A DNA stretch of 64,000 nucleotides from Burkholderiales bacterium. Lineage in GTDB: Bacteria > Pseudomonadota > Gammaproteobacteria > Burkholderiales > SG8-39. Shown here in pieces: positions 27,667 to 36,836 of the stretch (its first letter is position 1; each line of letters starts with the position of its first letter). The stretch is from positions 68,163 to 132,162 of the forward strand of contig DATIDG010000070.1 in NCBI GenBank assembly GCA_035456405.1, in the 5' to 3' direction. Position numbers and translations under genes: made by a program. Below the pieces are notes generated by a model. That model was not told the origin of the DNA. It saw nothing but the letters and a program-made list of their open reading frames with translations, and did not search any database.

Positions 27667-28362
27667 TCACTGTGCGCGCGCCGGGCGCGCGAACGCCCAG
27701 GGCAACATCATGAGTGCCATCATTCCCACCACGGTTGCGAAGATGACCGGCAGGCGCTGCGGCCACGGGCCGAGCGCGTCGACGATCGTCGGCAGGGTCG
27801 GCTTCGACGGCCCGAGAAAGCCGTAGTTCGCGCCGATCGCGAGGTTCACCGCGATGGCGACCGCGGCGTAAACGCCGCCCGCGGCGGCTGCGAACCGCCA
27901 GTCGCGCCACGTCGGGCGGAAGCCGTGGACCGCGAGCGCGTACGCGGCGACGCCGACGATCATCCCGTGGCTCAGCCAGAAGTACCAGAACACGTGCGTC
28001 GCCGGCCCTTCCTCGAGCGCGGGCGTGATCAGCGCCTGGGTGCACAGTCCCAGGCCCCAGAAGTAGAGCAGCACCGCGAGCCACCGCGCGCGGGTGGCGA
28101 GGTAGAGCCCCGCGGCGAGCGCGGCCCAGTGGCACATCTGCAGCGGCAGCGTCTTGACCGGGTCGAGGCGCGGCGGCAGCAGCCACCACCCGTGCGCAGC
28201 GACCCAGACGACGACGAACGCGATGCCGATTGCGCGCTCGATGCCGCGCGCCCCATCGGCACGGCCGCTCAACCGCACGGCGCGGATCGCCGCAATCGTC
28301 GCGATCACGATCGCGAGGAGCGCCGCCGCGTGCAGGGCCGAGAAGGGCTCGAACCGTTCCAC
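27667..28362 (-). CDS. TIGR02206/YwaF family membrane protein
   Basis: 231 aa from GTG 28362 (VERFEPFSALH...), multi-TM, with LPLQMCHWAA and GFLGPSKPTLPT motifs. The upstream part of the tracked ORF is Arg-rich and overlaps the META gene. Confidence 0.7.
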   Translation of the reverse strand: MERFEPFSALHAAALLAIVIATIAAIRAVRLSGRADGARGIERAIGIAFVVVWVAAHGWWLLPPRLDPVKTLPLQMCHWAALAAGLYLATRARWLAVLLYFWGLGLCTQALITPALEEGPATHVFWYFWLSHGMIVGVAAYALAVHGFRPTWRDWRFAAAAGGVYAAVAIAVNLAIGANYGFLGPSKPTLPTIVDALGPWPQRLPVIFATVVGMMALMMLPWAFARPARAQ

Positions 28363-28372
28363 GATGCGCCGT

Positions 28373-28831
28373 TCACGGCTCGCGCCGGAAGCGGAGCGTG
28401 CCCGAGTCCGCGGGCAACTCGACGAACAGCCTGCCGTCCTCGACGAAGAAGCCCGACGCGCGCTGCAGGTCGCGGAGGTACCGCCCGTCGAGCGAGCCCG
28501 GCGGGCACGCCATGCGCGTCGTCGCGATCGGCGCGAACGAGAGCGCCCCTTCCGCGATCCGGTAGCTCCCGGTGCCGCGATTGCAGTCGGCGCGCACGAG
28601 GAGCCGCCCGTTCGCCGCCAGCTCGAGCGTGTAGCGGTCCGGCGCCGGGGATTCGATCGTCTCGACCGGCGTGACGGTCCGCTCCCACTGCCAGACCTTG
28701 CCCGTGACCGCATCGGGCGTGCGCACGCGGACCGGCACGCTGCCGTCGTCCCGAGTGGTGCTGCAGCTCACGAGTGCGAGTCCTAGGATCAGTGCGAGGC
28801 CTGGCTTGCGCGGCGGCCGCTGCCCGCTCAT
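28373..28831 (-). CDS. META domain (HslJ-like) lipoprotein
   Basis: 152 aa from ATG 28831 with lipobox LGLALVSC. It has the W.W...T and ADCNRGTGSY...MAC META signature. Confidence 0.8.
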   Translation of the reverse strand: MSGQRPPRKPGLALILGLALVSCSTTRDDGSVPVRVRTPDAVTGKVWQWERTVTPVETIESPAPDRYTLELAANGRLLVRADCNRGTGSYRIAEGALSFAPIATTRMACPPGSLDGRYLRDLQRASGFFVEDGRLFVELPADSGTLRFRREP

Positions 28832-29445
28832 GGCCGGTCGGCCACCATCAGAAAGACCGGGAAGAGGCGCGTCTCGCCTGCGACCTTCCGTGGGTTCTCG
28901 TAGGCCGTCGCGAAGCGCACGTTTGTGAAACCGGCGCGGCGCGCCTTGGCCGCGAGCGCGTCCCGGTCGAAGCCGTTGTGGCCGTCGAACCCCGGGCCGT
29001 GGAACGCGCCGCCTTCGGAGTCGAGGTCGCCGATGCACAGCCGGCCGCCGGGCGCGAGGACGGCGTGGAACTTGCGCAGGATCGCGTCGGTGTCGGGAAT
29101 GTGGTGCAGCACCATCAGCAGGCACACGAGGTCGTAGCGCGCCGCGGGCAGCGGATCGGTGAGGAGGTCGAGCTTCACCGCGGTCATGTTGGGCGCTCCG
29201 GCCGCGGCGATCTTCCCGCGCAGCACCTCGAGCATGCGCTCGGACGCGTCCGCTAGGGCGAGCTCGCCGGGAAACGGCGCGAGCGCGAACCCGAGCAGTC
29301 CGGTTCCGCACCCGTACTCGAGCGCGCGCATGCCCGGCCGGAACGGCACCTCACGCCGGATCGCCGCGGCGACGGCGTGCGCCCGCTCGGCCTTGATCGG
29401 GTCGTTGTCCCAGGTGGCGGCGCGCTGGTCGAAGTCGGTCGTCAT
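28828..29445 (-). CDS. Class I SAM-dependent methyltransferase
   Basis: 205 aa with the ALEYGCGTGLLG motif I. ATGA overlap with the META gene. Confidence 0.85.
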   Translation of the reverse strand: MTTDFDQRAATWDNDPIKAERAHAVAAAIRREVPFRPGMRALEYGCGTGLLGFALAPFPGELALADASERMLEVLRGKIAAAGAPNMTAVKLDLLTDPLPAARYDLVCLLMVLHHIPDTDAILRKFHAVLAPGGRLCIGDLDSEGGAFHGPGFDGHNGFDRDALAAKARRAGFTNVRFATAYENPRKVAGETRLFPVFLMVADRP

Positions 29446-30654
29446 TCAGTCGTGCACCACTTCTGCCTTGAACCCCGCGCCGGCGAGCGCGGCGAGGATC
29501 TCCTGCACGTGCTCGGGGCCGCGCGTCTGCAGCACGAACTCGACCTCCGCCGAGAGCACCGGCAGATCGGTGAAGGCGCGCTGGTGATGCACCTCCTCGA
29601 TGTTCGCGTTCGCGTCCGCGAGGCACGCCGTCACCTTCGCGAGCGCGCCGGGGAGGTCGCGCATCTCGACGCGCAGCCGCGCGAGGCGGCCGGAGCGCAC
29701 CAGCCCGCGCTCGATGATGTCGGACAGCACGAGCGGGTCGATGTTGCCGCCGGAGAGCACGACGCCGACCTTGCGGCCGCGGAAGCGCGCGGGATGGCGG
29801 AGCAGGGCGGCCAGGCCCGCCGCGCCGGCGCCCTCGACGACTGTCTTCTCGATCTCCAGCAGCTGCACGATCGCCTGCTCGATGTCGCCGTCCTCGACGA
29901 GCAGCACGTCGGCGACGCACTCGCGGATGATCGGCAGCGTCAGGGCGCCGGGCTCCTTGACCGCGATGCCCTCGGCAATGGTCGAGCCGGCGAACGCGGC
30001 GTCGCGCCCGTGCAACGCGCAGTGCACCGCCGGGAAGCCGCTCGCCTGGACGCCGACGACCTCGATGCCGGGCTTCAGCGCCCGCGCCGCGATCGCCATG
30101 CCGGCGATCATCCCGCCACCGCCGACCGGGACGACGAGCGTCTCGAGCTGCGGCGCGGCGGCCAGCATCTCCAGCGCAATCGTTCCCTGTCCGGCGATCA
30201 CCAGCGCGTCGTCGTACGGGTGCACCAGCGTCGCGCCGCGCTCCCTGGCGGTTGCGAGGCCGGCTTGCCGCGCCTCGTCGAACGTTTCACCGGCGAGAAT
30301 CACCTCGGCGCCGAACCCGCGCGTCCGCTCGACCTTCACGTGCGGCGTGAAGCGCGGCATCACGATCGTCGCGCGGACGCCGAGGCGCTCGGCGTGATAC
30401 GCGACCGCCTGGGCATGGTTGCCTGCCGACACGGCCAGCACGCCCGCGGCGCGCTGCGCGGCGGTGAGCGTGCGCAGCTTGTTCAGCGCACCGCGCTCCT
30501 TGAACGCGGCGGTGAACTGCAGGTTCTCGAACTTGAGCCAGACCTCCGCGCCGGTGATCCCGGAAAGCGTGCGCGATGCGATGCACGGCGTCTCGACGAC
30601 GTGGCCGGCGATTGCGGCGGCCGCCTCGCGGACGTGGTCGAGGGTGATGGTCAT
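29446..30654 (-). CDS. ilvA: Threonine ammonia-lyase (single ACT-like regulatory domain form)
   Basis: 402 aa with the PLP motif FKERGALNK, the SAGNHAQA loop and a C-terminal ACT-like domain. Confidence 0.92.
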   Translation of the reverse strand: MTITLDHVREAAAAIAGHVVETPCIASRTLSGITGAEVWLKFENLQFTAAFKERGALNKLRTLTAAQRAAGVLAVSAGNHAQAVAYHAERLGVRATIVMPRFTPHVKVERTRGFGAEVILAGETFDEARQAGLATARERGATLVHPYDDALVIAGQGTIALEMLAAAPQLETLVVPVGGGGMIAGMAIAARALKPGIEVVGVQASGFPAVHCALHGRDAAFAGSTIAEGIAVKEPGALTLPIIRECVADVLLVEDGDIEQAIVQLLEIEKTVVEGAGAAGLAALLRHPARFRGRKVGVVLSGGNIDPLVLSDIIERGLVRSGRLARLRVEMRDLPGALAKVTACLADANANIEEVHHQRAFTDLPVLSAEVEFVLQTRGPEHVQEILAALAGAGFKAEVVHD

Positions 30655-30658
30655 CGGC

Positions 30659-31075
30659 TCAGAACGGCTTGAGCACGACGAGCAGCACCGCAGCGAGGAG
30701 CATCAGCACCGGCGCCTCGTTGAACCAGCGGAACCAGACGTGCGAGCGCGTAGGGGCGCCCGCTTCGAACTTCGCGAGCAGCCGCCCGCAGGCATGGTGA
30801 TAGCCGAGCAGGAGGATGACCACGCCGAGCTTTGCGTGCATCCACCCGCTGCGCGCGCCCAGGCCGTAACCGAGCCACAGCCAAAGGCCGAACACGATAG
30901 CCGGAGCGGAGAGGATCGTCATGAACTTGTAGAGCTTGCGCGCCATCAGCAGGAGCCGCGCGCGCGCCGTCGCGTCCGTCTCCATCGCCAAGTTCACGAA
31001 GATCCGGGGGAGATAGAAGAGGCCGGCGAACCAAGCGATCACGAAAAGAATATGAAACGCCTTCACCCAAAGCAC
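30659..31075 (-). CDS. hemJ: Protoporphyrinogen IX oxidase HemJ (UPF0093/CopD-like)
   Basis: 138 aa with WVKAFHILFVIAWFAGLFYLPRIFV N-terminus and 4 TM helices. Confidence 0.85.
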   Translation of the reverse strand: MLWVKAFHILFVIAWFAGLFYLPRIFVNLAMETDATARARLLLMARKLYKFMTILSAPAIVFGLWLWLGYGLGARSGWMHAKLGVVILLLGYHHACGRLLAKFEAGAPTRSHVWFRWFNEAPVLMLLAAVLLVVLKPF

Positions 31076-31185
31076 GGTGGTGCCTCAGTGACGATTCCAC
31101 CTGTATTGGGGGATATGCAAGGAGGTGTGCCCCCTTGCTCGTTCCGGCTACGAATACGATGCAGCGCCTTGACCCAGAGCATTCT

Positions 31186-31968
31186 TCAGCTGGCGAGACG
31201 GCGGCGGAAAAGGACGAGCGCAGCATAGAACCCGGCCATCGCGTAGGCAAGCAACACCCCCATGTGCAGCAGCGCGTCCGATGGCATCGAGCCGTTGAGC
31301 AACGGCCGCACGAGCTCGGTCGCATGGACGAGCGGCAGGACGTGGGCGATGGTCTGCATCACGGCCGGCAGCTGCTCGACCGGGAAGAACACGCCCGACA
31401 GCATCGCCATCGGCGTGATCACCAGCGTGAAGTAGTAGCTGAAGAAGTCGTAGGAGGGCGACAGCGCGGTGATCACGAGCCCAAGCGCGCCGAAGCACAG
31501 GCCCATGAGCGGCACGACGGCGAGCGCCAGGAGCGCGGTCGGCATCGTCACCAGGCCAAGCGCCCAGATGACGAGGAAGATCGCGAGCCCGGAGAGGAAG
31601 CTCTTGGCCGCCGCCCACACCAGCTCCGCCAGCACCACGTCGTCGAGCCCCACCGGCGCGTTGACGATCGCGTCCCAGGTCTTCTGGACGTGCATCCGCG
31701 AAAAGGCTGAGTAGAGCGCCTCGAACGTCGCAGTGTTCATCGTCGAGAAGCACACCGTGCCGGCGGCGAGGAAGGCGATGTACGGCCGCCCGTCGACCTC
31801 CGGCATGAGCGCGCCGAGGCCGTAGCCGAGGCCGAGCATGTAGATCGTCGGGTCGGCGAGGTTGAAGAGCACCGACGGCGCGGCGAGCTTGCGCCAGACG
31901 AGGAAGTTGCGGCGCCACACCGGAACGAAGCGGCGGCTTAGGCGCGGGAGCGCGTAGGCGGTGGTCAT
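31186..31968 (-). CDS. ABC-2 type exporter permease (NodJ/YadH-like)
   Basis: 260 aa from ATG 31968, preceded by an AGGAGG ribosome-binding site. Six hydrophobic segments. It is the partner of the ATPase at 33206-34123. Confidence 0.85.
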   Translation of the reverse strand: MTTAYALPRLSRRFVPVWRRNFLVWRKLAAPSVLFNLADPTIYMLGLGYGLGALMPEVDGRPYIAFLAAGTVCFSTMNTATFEALYSAFSRMHVQKTWDAIVNAPVGLDDVVLAELVWAAAKSFLSGLAIFLVIWALGLVTMPTALLALAVVPLMGLCFGALGLVITALSPSYDFFSYYFTLVITPMAMLSGVFFPVEQLPAVMQTIAHVLPLVHATELVRPLLNGSMPSDALLHMGVLLAYAMAGFYAALVLFRRRLAS

Positions 31969-32025
31969 GCTTGCCTCCTGGCGCGGGTGCACGTGCCCGC
32001 TACGGACCCTCGACGGCGGGACATC

Positions 32026-32460
32026 TTAGACGGCGCCGACGACCGGCGTCCATCGCTGTTCGCGACGCGCGGCGCGCTGCTCGGCGCTCTCCGTCCCGTA
32101 GTCCTTGACCTCGGGCGGCGGGAGGCCGGCGGGGCGGTTCTTCATCGCGTTGACGTTGACGATCCCGAATCGCCCACGCGCGGTGCTGAAGACGGCGCCG
32201 AGGTACGTGCCGCAGTTCCGGCAGATCAGGAAGTCGGCGGTGCGCTTGGCGAAGCGGTAGCGGTTGAGCGCGCCGGCGGTGTGCTCGCAGAACTCCAGGC
32301 TGCCGCCGGGATCGGACGTGGTTACGCCGGCATGCGAGCAGCAGAAGGAGCACTGGCATGCGCGGACGCTCCATGCGGTCGGCGGAACGTCGGTGCGGTA
32401 GGCGTAGCCGACCGCGCCGCAGTGGCAGGCGCCTTCGAACAATGCGCTTTCGGTGTCCAT
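32026..32460 (-). CDS. GFA (glutathione-dependent formaldehyde-activating/CENP-V-like) family Cys-rich protein
   Basis: 144 aa from ATG 32460 with the Zn-binding Cys pattern CHCGAV...CQCSFC...CRNCG. Confidence 0.8.
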   Translation of the reverse strand: MDTESALFEGACHCGAVGYAYRTDVPPTAWSVRACQCSFCCSHAGVTTSDPGGSLEFCEHTAGALNRYRFAKRTADFLICRNCGTYLGAVFSTARGRFGIVNVNAMKNRPAGLPPPEVKDYGTESAEQRAARREQRWTPVVGAV

Positions 32461-32546
32461 CACCAGCGTCCTCGTGGTCAAAGGTCGTCCATTCCTCACC
32501 GGTCGTCTCCTCGTCGAACACCGCATCCCACTCGTGTGGATCGCGA

Positions 32547-32945
32547 TCACCCGTCTGACCGCGCTTCGCGGTGCTCGGGGAGACCATCGCCCAACTTGAT
32601 CCACCCGAGCTTACTGCTCGTGCGCGTGTGATCCTCCGGCGGCAGCCGTTCGGGATCATCGAGACTGCATGTCGTGACGTCGATCTCGTCCGAGGCGTCG
32701 TCGAGTTCAAAAGTCAACTGGGTGCCGCAGCGAGGGCAGAAGCTCCGCATGCCCTTTGGGGTTGATCTGAATCGGGTCGGTCCGCCTTGGACAAACCGGA
32801 ACTCGGACCGTGGCACGCTGAACCAGGCTACAAATGGGGCGCCCGTCGTTCGGCGGCAGATCGAGCAGTGGCAATTCGTCAGGTGAAAGGGCGTGCCTCC
32901 CGCCTCGTAGCGGATGCCGCCACAGAAGCAACCACCTTTCAGCAT
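32547..32945 (-). CDS. GFA family protein (second paralogue)
   Basis: 132 aa from ATG 32945 with CFCGGIRY...CHCSICRR...CPRCG. Confidence 0.85.
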   Translation of the reverse strand: MLKGGCFCGGIRYEAGGTPFHLTNCHCSICRRTTGAPFVAWFSVPRSEFRFVQGGPTRFRSTPKGMRSFCPRCGTQLTFELDDASDEIDVTTCSLDDPERLPPEDHTRTSSKLGWIKLGDGLPEHREARSDG

Positions 32946-33205
32946 CTCAACGCCCTCCTTGGGCACTGCGCCGCCGTGAAGCTCACGCTGAGAACTCAGC
33001 GGCAGGGCTCTCAGCGTGTCGATGATCGCAGGCGACCGGACCCGGGTTGAGGTACCGCAAGAGCCGGTGCCGACGCACCACACTTGAATCCCAAGCCACC
33101 CGGGAATCCGTGTCTTGTACTCATAAACCGCCCCGTAAGCGATCGCGAAACACACCAAATCGCCAGCTCGCGCGTACCGGTCCTGCCTGGGTGAGGTCGT
33201 CCACC

Positions 33206-34123
33206 TCAGTCCCGCAGCTCGCGACCCGTCAGCTTCAGGAACACGTCCTCCAGGTTCGCCGGACGGTGCAAATAGCGTAGCCCCGACTGCCGCTCGAGGT
33301 GCGCGAGCAGCGGCGCCGGGTCGCGCACGTAGCAGAACGCCGTGTCGCCGGCGCGCTCGACCCGAGCCGCCAGCCCGCGCGCTTCGCCTTCGCTCCAGCC
33401 GTCCAGCCCATCCCCGTGCACCTCGACCACCTGCGGCTCGATGTGCGTGGCGATCAGCTCGCGCGGGCTGCCCTCGGTAATGAAGCGCCCGCGGTCCATG
33501 ACGACGAGCCGCGTGCACAGGCGCTCGGCCTCCTCCATGAAGTGCGAGGTCAGGAGGATCGTCTTGCCGCGCGCGAGCAGCTGCTTCAGCCGGTCCCACA
33601 TCACGTGGCGCGCCTGCGGGTCGAGGCCGGTGGTCGGCTCGTCGAGGACGAGGAAGTCGGGGTCGTTCACGAGCGCGCGCGCAAGCGTCAGCCGGCGCCG
33701 CATCCCGCCGGAGAGCGTCTGGATGCGCGAACCGGCCCGGCTCGCGAGGCCGGCGAAGTCGAGCAGCTCCGGCACCCGGCCACGGATGGTCTCGTCGTCG
33801 AGGCCGAAGTAGCGGCCGTACACGATGAGGTTCTCGGTGACGGTGAAGTCCGGGTCGAGGTTGTCGAACTGCGGCACCACGCCCACCGACCGCCGTGCGC
33901 GCCGGGCGCGGCGCGGCACCGGCTCGCCCATCAGCTCGATCGTGCCGCCCTCGGGCTCGATCAACCCGAGGGCGAGACGGAGCGTGGTGGTCTTGCCTGC
34001 CCCGTTCGGGCCGAGCAGGCCGAAGCATTCGCCGCGGCGGATGTCGAACGTCACCCCGGCGACGACTTCGGCGTCGCCGTAACGTTTGCGGAGATTCGTG
34101 ACGCGCAGAACCGGCCCGGTCAC
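33206..34123 (-). CDS. ABC transporter ATP-binding protein (NodI/YadG-like)
   Basis: 305 aa from GTG 34123, in GTGA overlap with the upstream hydrolase stop. It has Walker [10 protein letters not shown], signature LSGGMRRR and Walker B FLVLDEP. Confidence 0.9.
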   Translation of the reverse strand: MTGPVLRVTNLRKRYGDAEVVAGVTFDIRRGECFGLLGPNGAGKTTTLRLALGLIEPEGGTIELMGEPVPRRARRARRSVGVVPQFDNLDPDFTVTENLIVYGRYFGLDDETIRGRVPELLDFAGLASRAGSRIQTLSGGMRRRLTLARALVNDPDFLVLDEPTTGLDPQARHVMWDRLKQLLARGKTILLTSHFMEEAERLCTRLVVMDRGRFITEGSPRELIATHIEPQVVEVHGDGLDGWSEGEARGLAARVERAGDTAFCYVRDPAPLLAHLERQSGLRYLHRPANLEDVFLKLTGRELRD

Positions 34124-34776
34124 GCCCGCCACTGGCCCTTCACGATGTTGCGCAGCACGTGCAGCCGGCGATGGAAGAAGTGGTCGGCGCCCGGGACGAG
34201 GACGATCGGCAGCTCCTGCGGGCGCGCCCACTCGAGCACGTTCGCGAGCGGCGCGGTCTCGTCGAGCTCGCCGTGGATGACGATGGTGTCGACGGGTACG
34301 GTCCCCGGCACGTAGGTGCGCCCGCCGGCGACGAGCCCGTTCGGCATGCCGACGAGCACCATGCGCTCGACTGGCACGCGCGCCGCAACGCGCGTCTGCA
34401 CGTAGGCGCCGAACGAAAAGCCGGCGAGCGCGACGGGCAGCGGCCCGAAGCGCCCCTGCGCCCACTCGATCACCGCGACGAGGTCGTCAGTCTCGCCGTT
34501 GCCGTGGTCGTGCGTGCCTTCGCTGGCGCCCACGCCGCGGAAGTTCGGCCGGATCGCGACGTAGCCCAGGTCGGCGAAGGTGCGCGCAAGGGTCTGCGCC
34601 ACCTTGTTGTCCAGCGCGCCGCCGAACAGCGGATGTGGATGCGCGACCAGCCCGAGGCCGCGCGCGGGCTCGTCCGCGCCCTCGGTCGGGAAGACCGAGG
34701 GGTGGTCGATGACGACTTCGATGCTGCCTGCGGGGCCCTTTACGGCGAGCCGCTCCGGCGGCCGCCGCACCGTCAT
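34120..34776 (-). CDS. Alpha/beta-fold hydrolase
   Basis: 218 aa from ATG 34776 with the nucleophile elbow GFSFGA and [12 protein letters not shown] overlap with the ferredoxin gene. Confidence 0.8.
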   Translation of the reverse strand: MTVRRPPERLAVKGPAGSIEVVIDHPSVFPTEGADEPARGLGLVAHPHPLFGGALDNKVAQTLARTFADLGYVAIRPNFRGVGASEGTHDHGNGETDDLVAVIEWAQGRFGPLPVALAGFSFGAYVQTRVAARVPVERMVLVGMPNGLVAGGRTYVPGTVPVDTIVIHGELDETAPLANVLEWARPQELPIVLVPGADHFFHRRLHVLRNIVKGQWRA

Positions 34777-35081
34777 ATGCGCAGCCGCTCGACGATGCGA
34801 CCGTCCTTGAGATGCTCCTCGACGATCTCGTCGATGTCCGCCTTGTCGACGTACGTGTACCAGACTTCCTCCGGGTACACGACGATCACGGGGCCTTCGT
34901 CGCAGCGGTCGAGGCAGCCGGCCTTGTTGACCCGCACCTTCCCCTGGCCCGCGAGGCCGAGCGCCTTCACCCGGCTCTTCGCGTAGTCGCGCATCTCGTC
35001 GGCCTTGTGGTTCTGGCAGCAGTTCTCCCCGGGCTCGCGCTGGTTGCAGCAAAAGAAAACGTGGTGCCTGTAATAGCTCAT
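34773..35081 (-). CDS. Thioredoxin-like [2Fe-2S] ferredoxin
   Basis: 102 aa with HVFFCCNQR...CC...GCLDRCDEGPVIVVYP. Confidence 0.85.
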   Translation of the reverse strand: MSYYRHHVFFCCNQREPGENCCQNHKADEMRDYAKSRVKALGLAGQGKVRVNKAGCLDRCDEGPVIVVYPEEVWYTYVDKADIDEIVEEHLKDGRIVERLRI

Positions 35082-35162
35082 GGGAGAAGGGTCTTGCCGC
35101 GATGCGGCGCCGCCGAGATTCTACAGGGCCGATGTGCCTGCCAGGCGTGCTAGGCTCGTTGC

Positions 35163-35780
35163 ATGGAAAGCGCGTCCATCCTGCTTCTCTCCGGCGGCGT
35201 GGAGAGCGCGACGCTGCTCGCGCAGCTCGCGGACGCGGGCGAGCCGGTGCAGGGACTGTTCATCGACTACGGGCAGCGCGGCGCCGTCGAGGAGCGTCGC
35301 GCCGCGGAGACCCACTGCGGGCGGCTCGGCGTCGAGCTCGTCGCGCTCGACCTCGCGCGTGTCGGCGCGACCTTCCGCCGCGGCCAGGACCGCAAGGCCC
35401 ACGTGCCGCTGCCGCACCGCAATCTCGTCGCGCTGTCGCTCGGGCTGTCGTACGCCGCCAACCTCGGCGCGCAGCGGCTCTATCTCGCCGCGAACCGCGA
35501 GGACACGACCGAATACCCTTCCTCTTCGCACGCCTTCCTCGCGCAGTTCCGGCTGGTCTGCGGGCTGCTCGGCGACGTCGAGCTGCGCACGCCGTATCTC
35601 GACTTCTCGAAGGCGGACGTGATCCGGCGCGGGATCGAGCTCGGCGTCGACTACGACACCACGTACTCTTGCCTGCTCGGCTACCCGGTGCACTGCGGCC
35701 GCTGCCCGCAGTGCCTGAAGCGCCGCGACGCGTTCCGCGCGGCGGGGCTGGAGGAGCCGGCGGGGTTCTACCGCGCGTAG
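35163..35780 (+). CDS. Divergent QueC/ExsB-family PP-loop ATPase (7-cyano-7-deazaguanine synthase-like)
   Basis: 205 aa with PP-loop SGGVES (canonical SGGxDS), IDYGQR, LPHRN and a C-terminal Zn cluster SC...HCGRCPQC. It is shorter and more divergent than E. coli QueC as recalled. Confidence 0.8.
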   Translation: MESASILLLSGGVESATLLAQLADAGEPVQGLFIDYGQRGAVEERRAAETHCGRLGVELVALDLARVGATFRRGQDRKAHVPLPHRNLVALSLGLSYAANLGAQRLYLAANREDTTEYPSSSHAFLAQFRLVCGLLGDVELRTPYLDFSKADVIRRGIELGVDYDTTYSCLLGYPVHCGRCPQCLKRRDAFRAAGLEEPAGFYRA

Positions 35781-35814
35781 GTGGCGCGGGCCGGCGGATC
35801 GTGCAGGTCGGTCC

Positions 35815-36459
35815 ATGGTCAAAGAAACCGACCGCTGGATCGAAGCATCGGAAGTCATTCCGATGTTCCCGACGATGGTGTGGAAGGTTCTGCTCAGGCC
35901 CGAGCTGCACGACCCGCTGGACGAAAGACTGCTGGGGCTGCTCGAGAAACTGCGGCGCGACCTGCCGATGCTCGAGCCCGGCCGCGGGTGGCAGTCGGAG
36001 CGCAACCTGCACGAACGCGAGGAGCTCCAGGATCTCGTTTCCTGCGCCGGCCACCTGGCGAAGAGCGTGCTTCGGTTCCTGCGGATCGGTTATGCGGCCT
36101 TCGAGATCACCGGTTGCTGGGCGACCGTCCTCTCCAAGGGCGCGGCGCACAAGGCTCACAGCCACCCCAACAACTTCCTGAGCGCGGTCTACTACGTCCG
36201 GACTCAGCCGGGCGCCGACACGATCAACTTCCACGACCCGAGAGCTCAGGCGAGCGTGATCAGGCCGCCGGTGGTAGAGCTCATCGCCGGGAACACCGAC
36301 CAGGTCGTGGTGAGGGTGTCGAGCGGCACTCTTCTGATGTTCCCCTCCTATCTGGAGCACTCCGTCGACGCCAACGCGAGCGAGGGCGAAAGAATCAGCA
36401 TCAGCGTCAACATCATGTTCTCCGCGTTCACGGAGAACCTGAGCAAGCCGCTGTGGTAG
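35815..36459 (+). CDS. TIGR02466 / 2OG-Fe(II) oxygenase-like (2OG-FeII_Oxy_5) protein
   Basis: 214 aa with HSHPNNFLSAVYYV and LMFPSYLEHSV motifs. It lies 34 nt after the QueC-like gene. An alternative start is Met17 (35863). Confidence 0.75.
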   Translation: MVKETDRWIEASEVIPMFPTMVWKVLLRPELHDPLDERLLGLLEKLRRDLPMLEPGRGWQSERNLHEREELQDLVSCAGHLAKSVLRFLRIGYAAFEITGCWATVLSKGAAHKAHSHPNNFLSAVYYVRTQPGADTINFHDPRAQASVIRPPVVELIAGNTDQVVVRVSSGTLLMFPSYLEHSVDANASEGERISISVNIMFSAFTENLSKPLW

Positions 36460-36516
36460 ATCCGCAGCGGCGGCGAATGGTCGAGGCGCCCGATCGGAAG
36501 CCCGGCTTTGGGCCGC

Positions 36517-36819
36517 TCACGCGAGCACGTCCCGCAGCGACTCGTCCCGCTCGAAGGTCGCCTTCGCGAAGGGGCACAGCGGGATCACTTTCAGCTGCTC
36601 GGCGCGCGCCCAGGCCACGGCGGCTTCAACGAGCTGCTTGCCCGCGCCAGTTCCGCGCAGCGTTTCGTCGACGAACGTGTGGTCGATGATGATGCGTTTG
36701 GCGCCGGCCCGGACGTAGGTCATCTCGCCGCGGCGGACCGCGTCCCGCTCGATCACGAAAGCGCCGCGGGGCGGCGCCGGGACGTGCCGCACTTCGAACG
36801 TCTCGCGCTCTTCTTCCAT
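36517..36819 (-). CDS. Small GNAT family N-acetyltransferase (YjdJ-like)
   Basis: 100 aa from ATG 36819 with RGTGAGKQLVEAAVAWAR (acetyl-CoA loop) and PLCPFAK. Confidence 0.75.
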   Translation of the reverse strand: MEEERETFEVRHVPAPPRGAFVIERDAVRRGEMTYVRAGAKRIIIDHTFVDETLRGTGAGKQLVEAAVAWARAEQLKVIPLCPFAKATFERDESLRDVLA

Positions 36820-36836
36820 CGGAATGCTCCTGGTCC

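Noticed and set aside
32946-33205. A possible small ORF or gene fragment (…VCFAIAYGAVYEYKTRIPGWLGIQ…) between the second GFA gene and the ABC ATPase.
   Set aside because: It has no ATG start and no recognisable family or ribosome-binding site. It may be a relic of the inserted cassette, so it is mentioned under the insertion finding rather than called as a gene.
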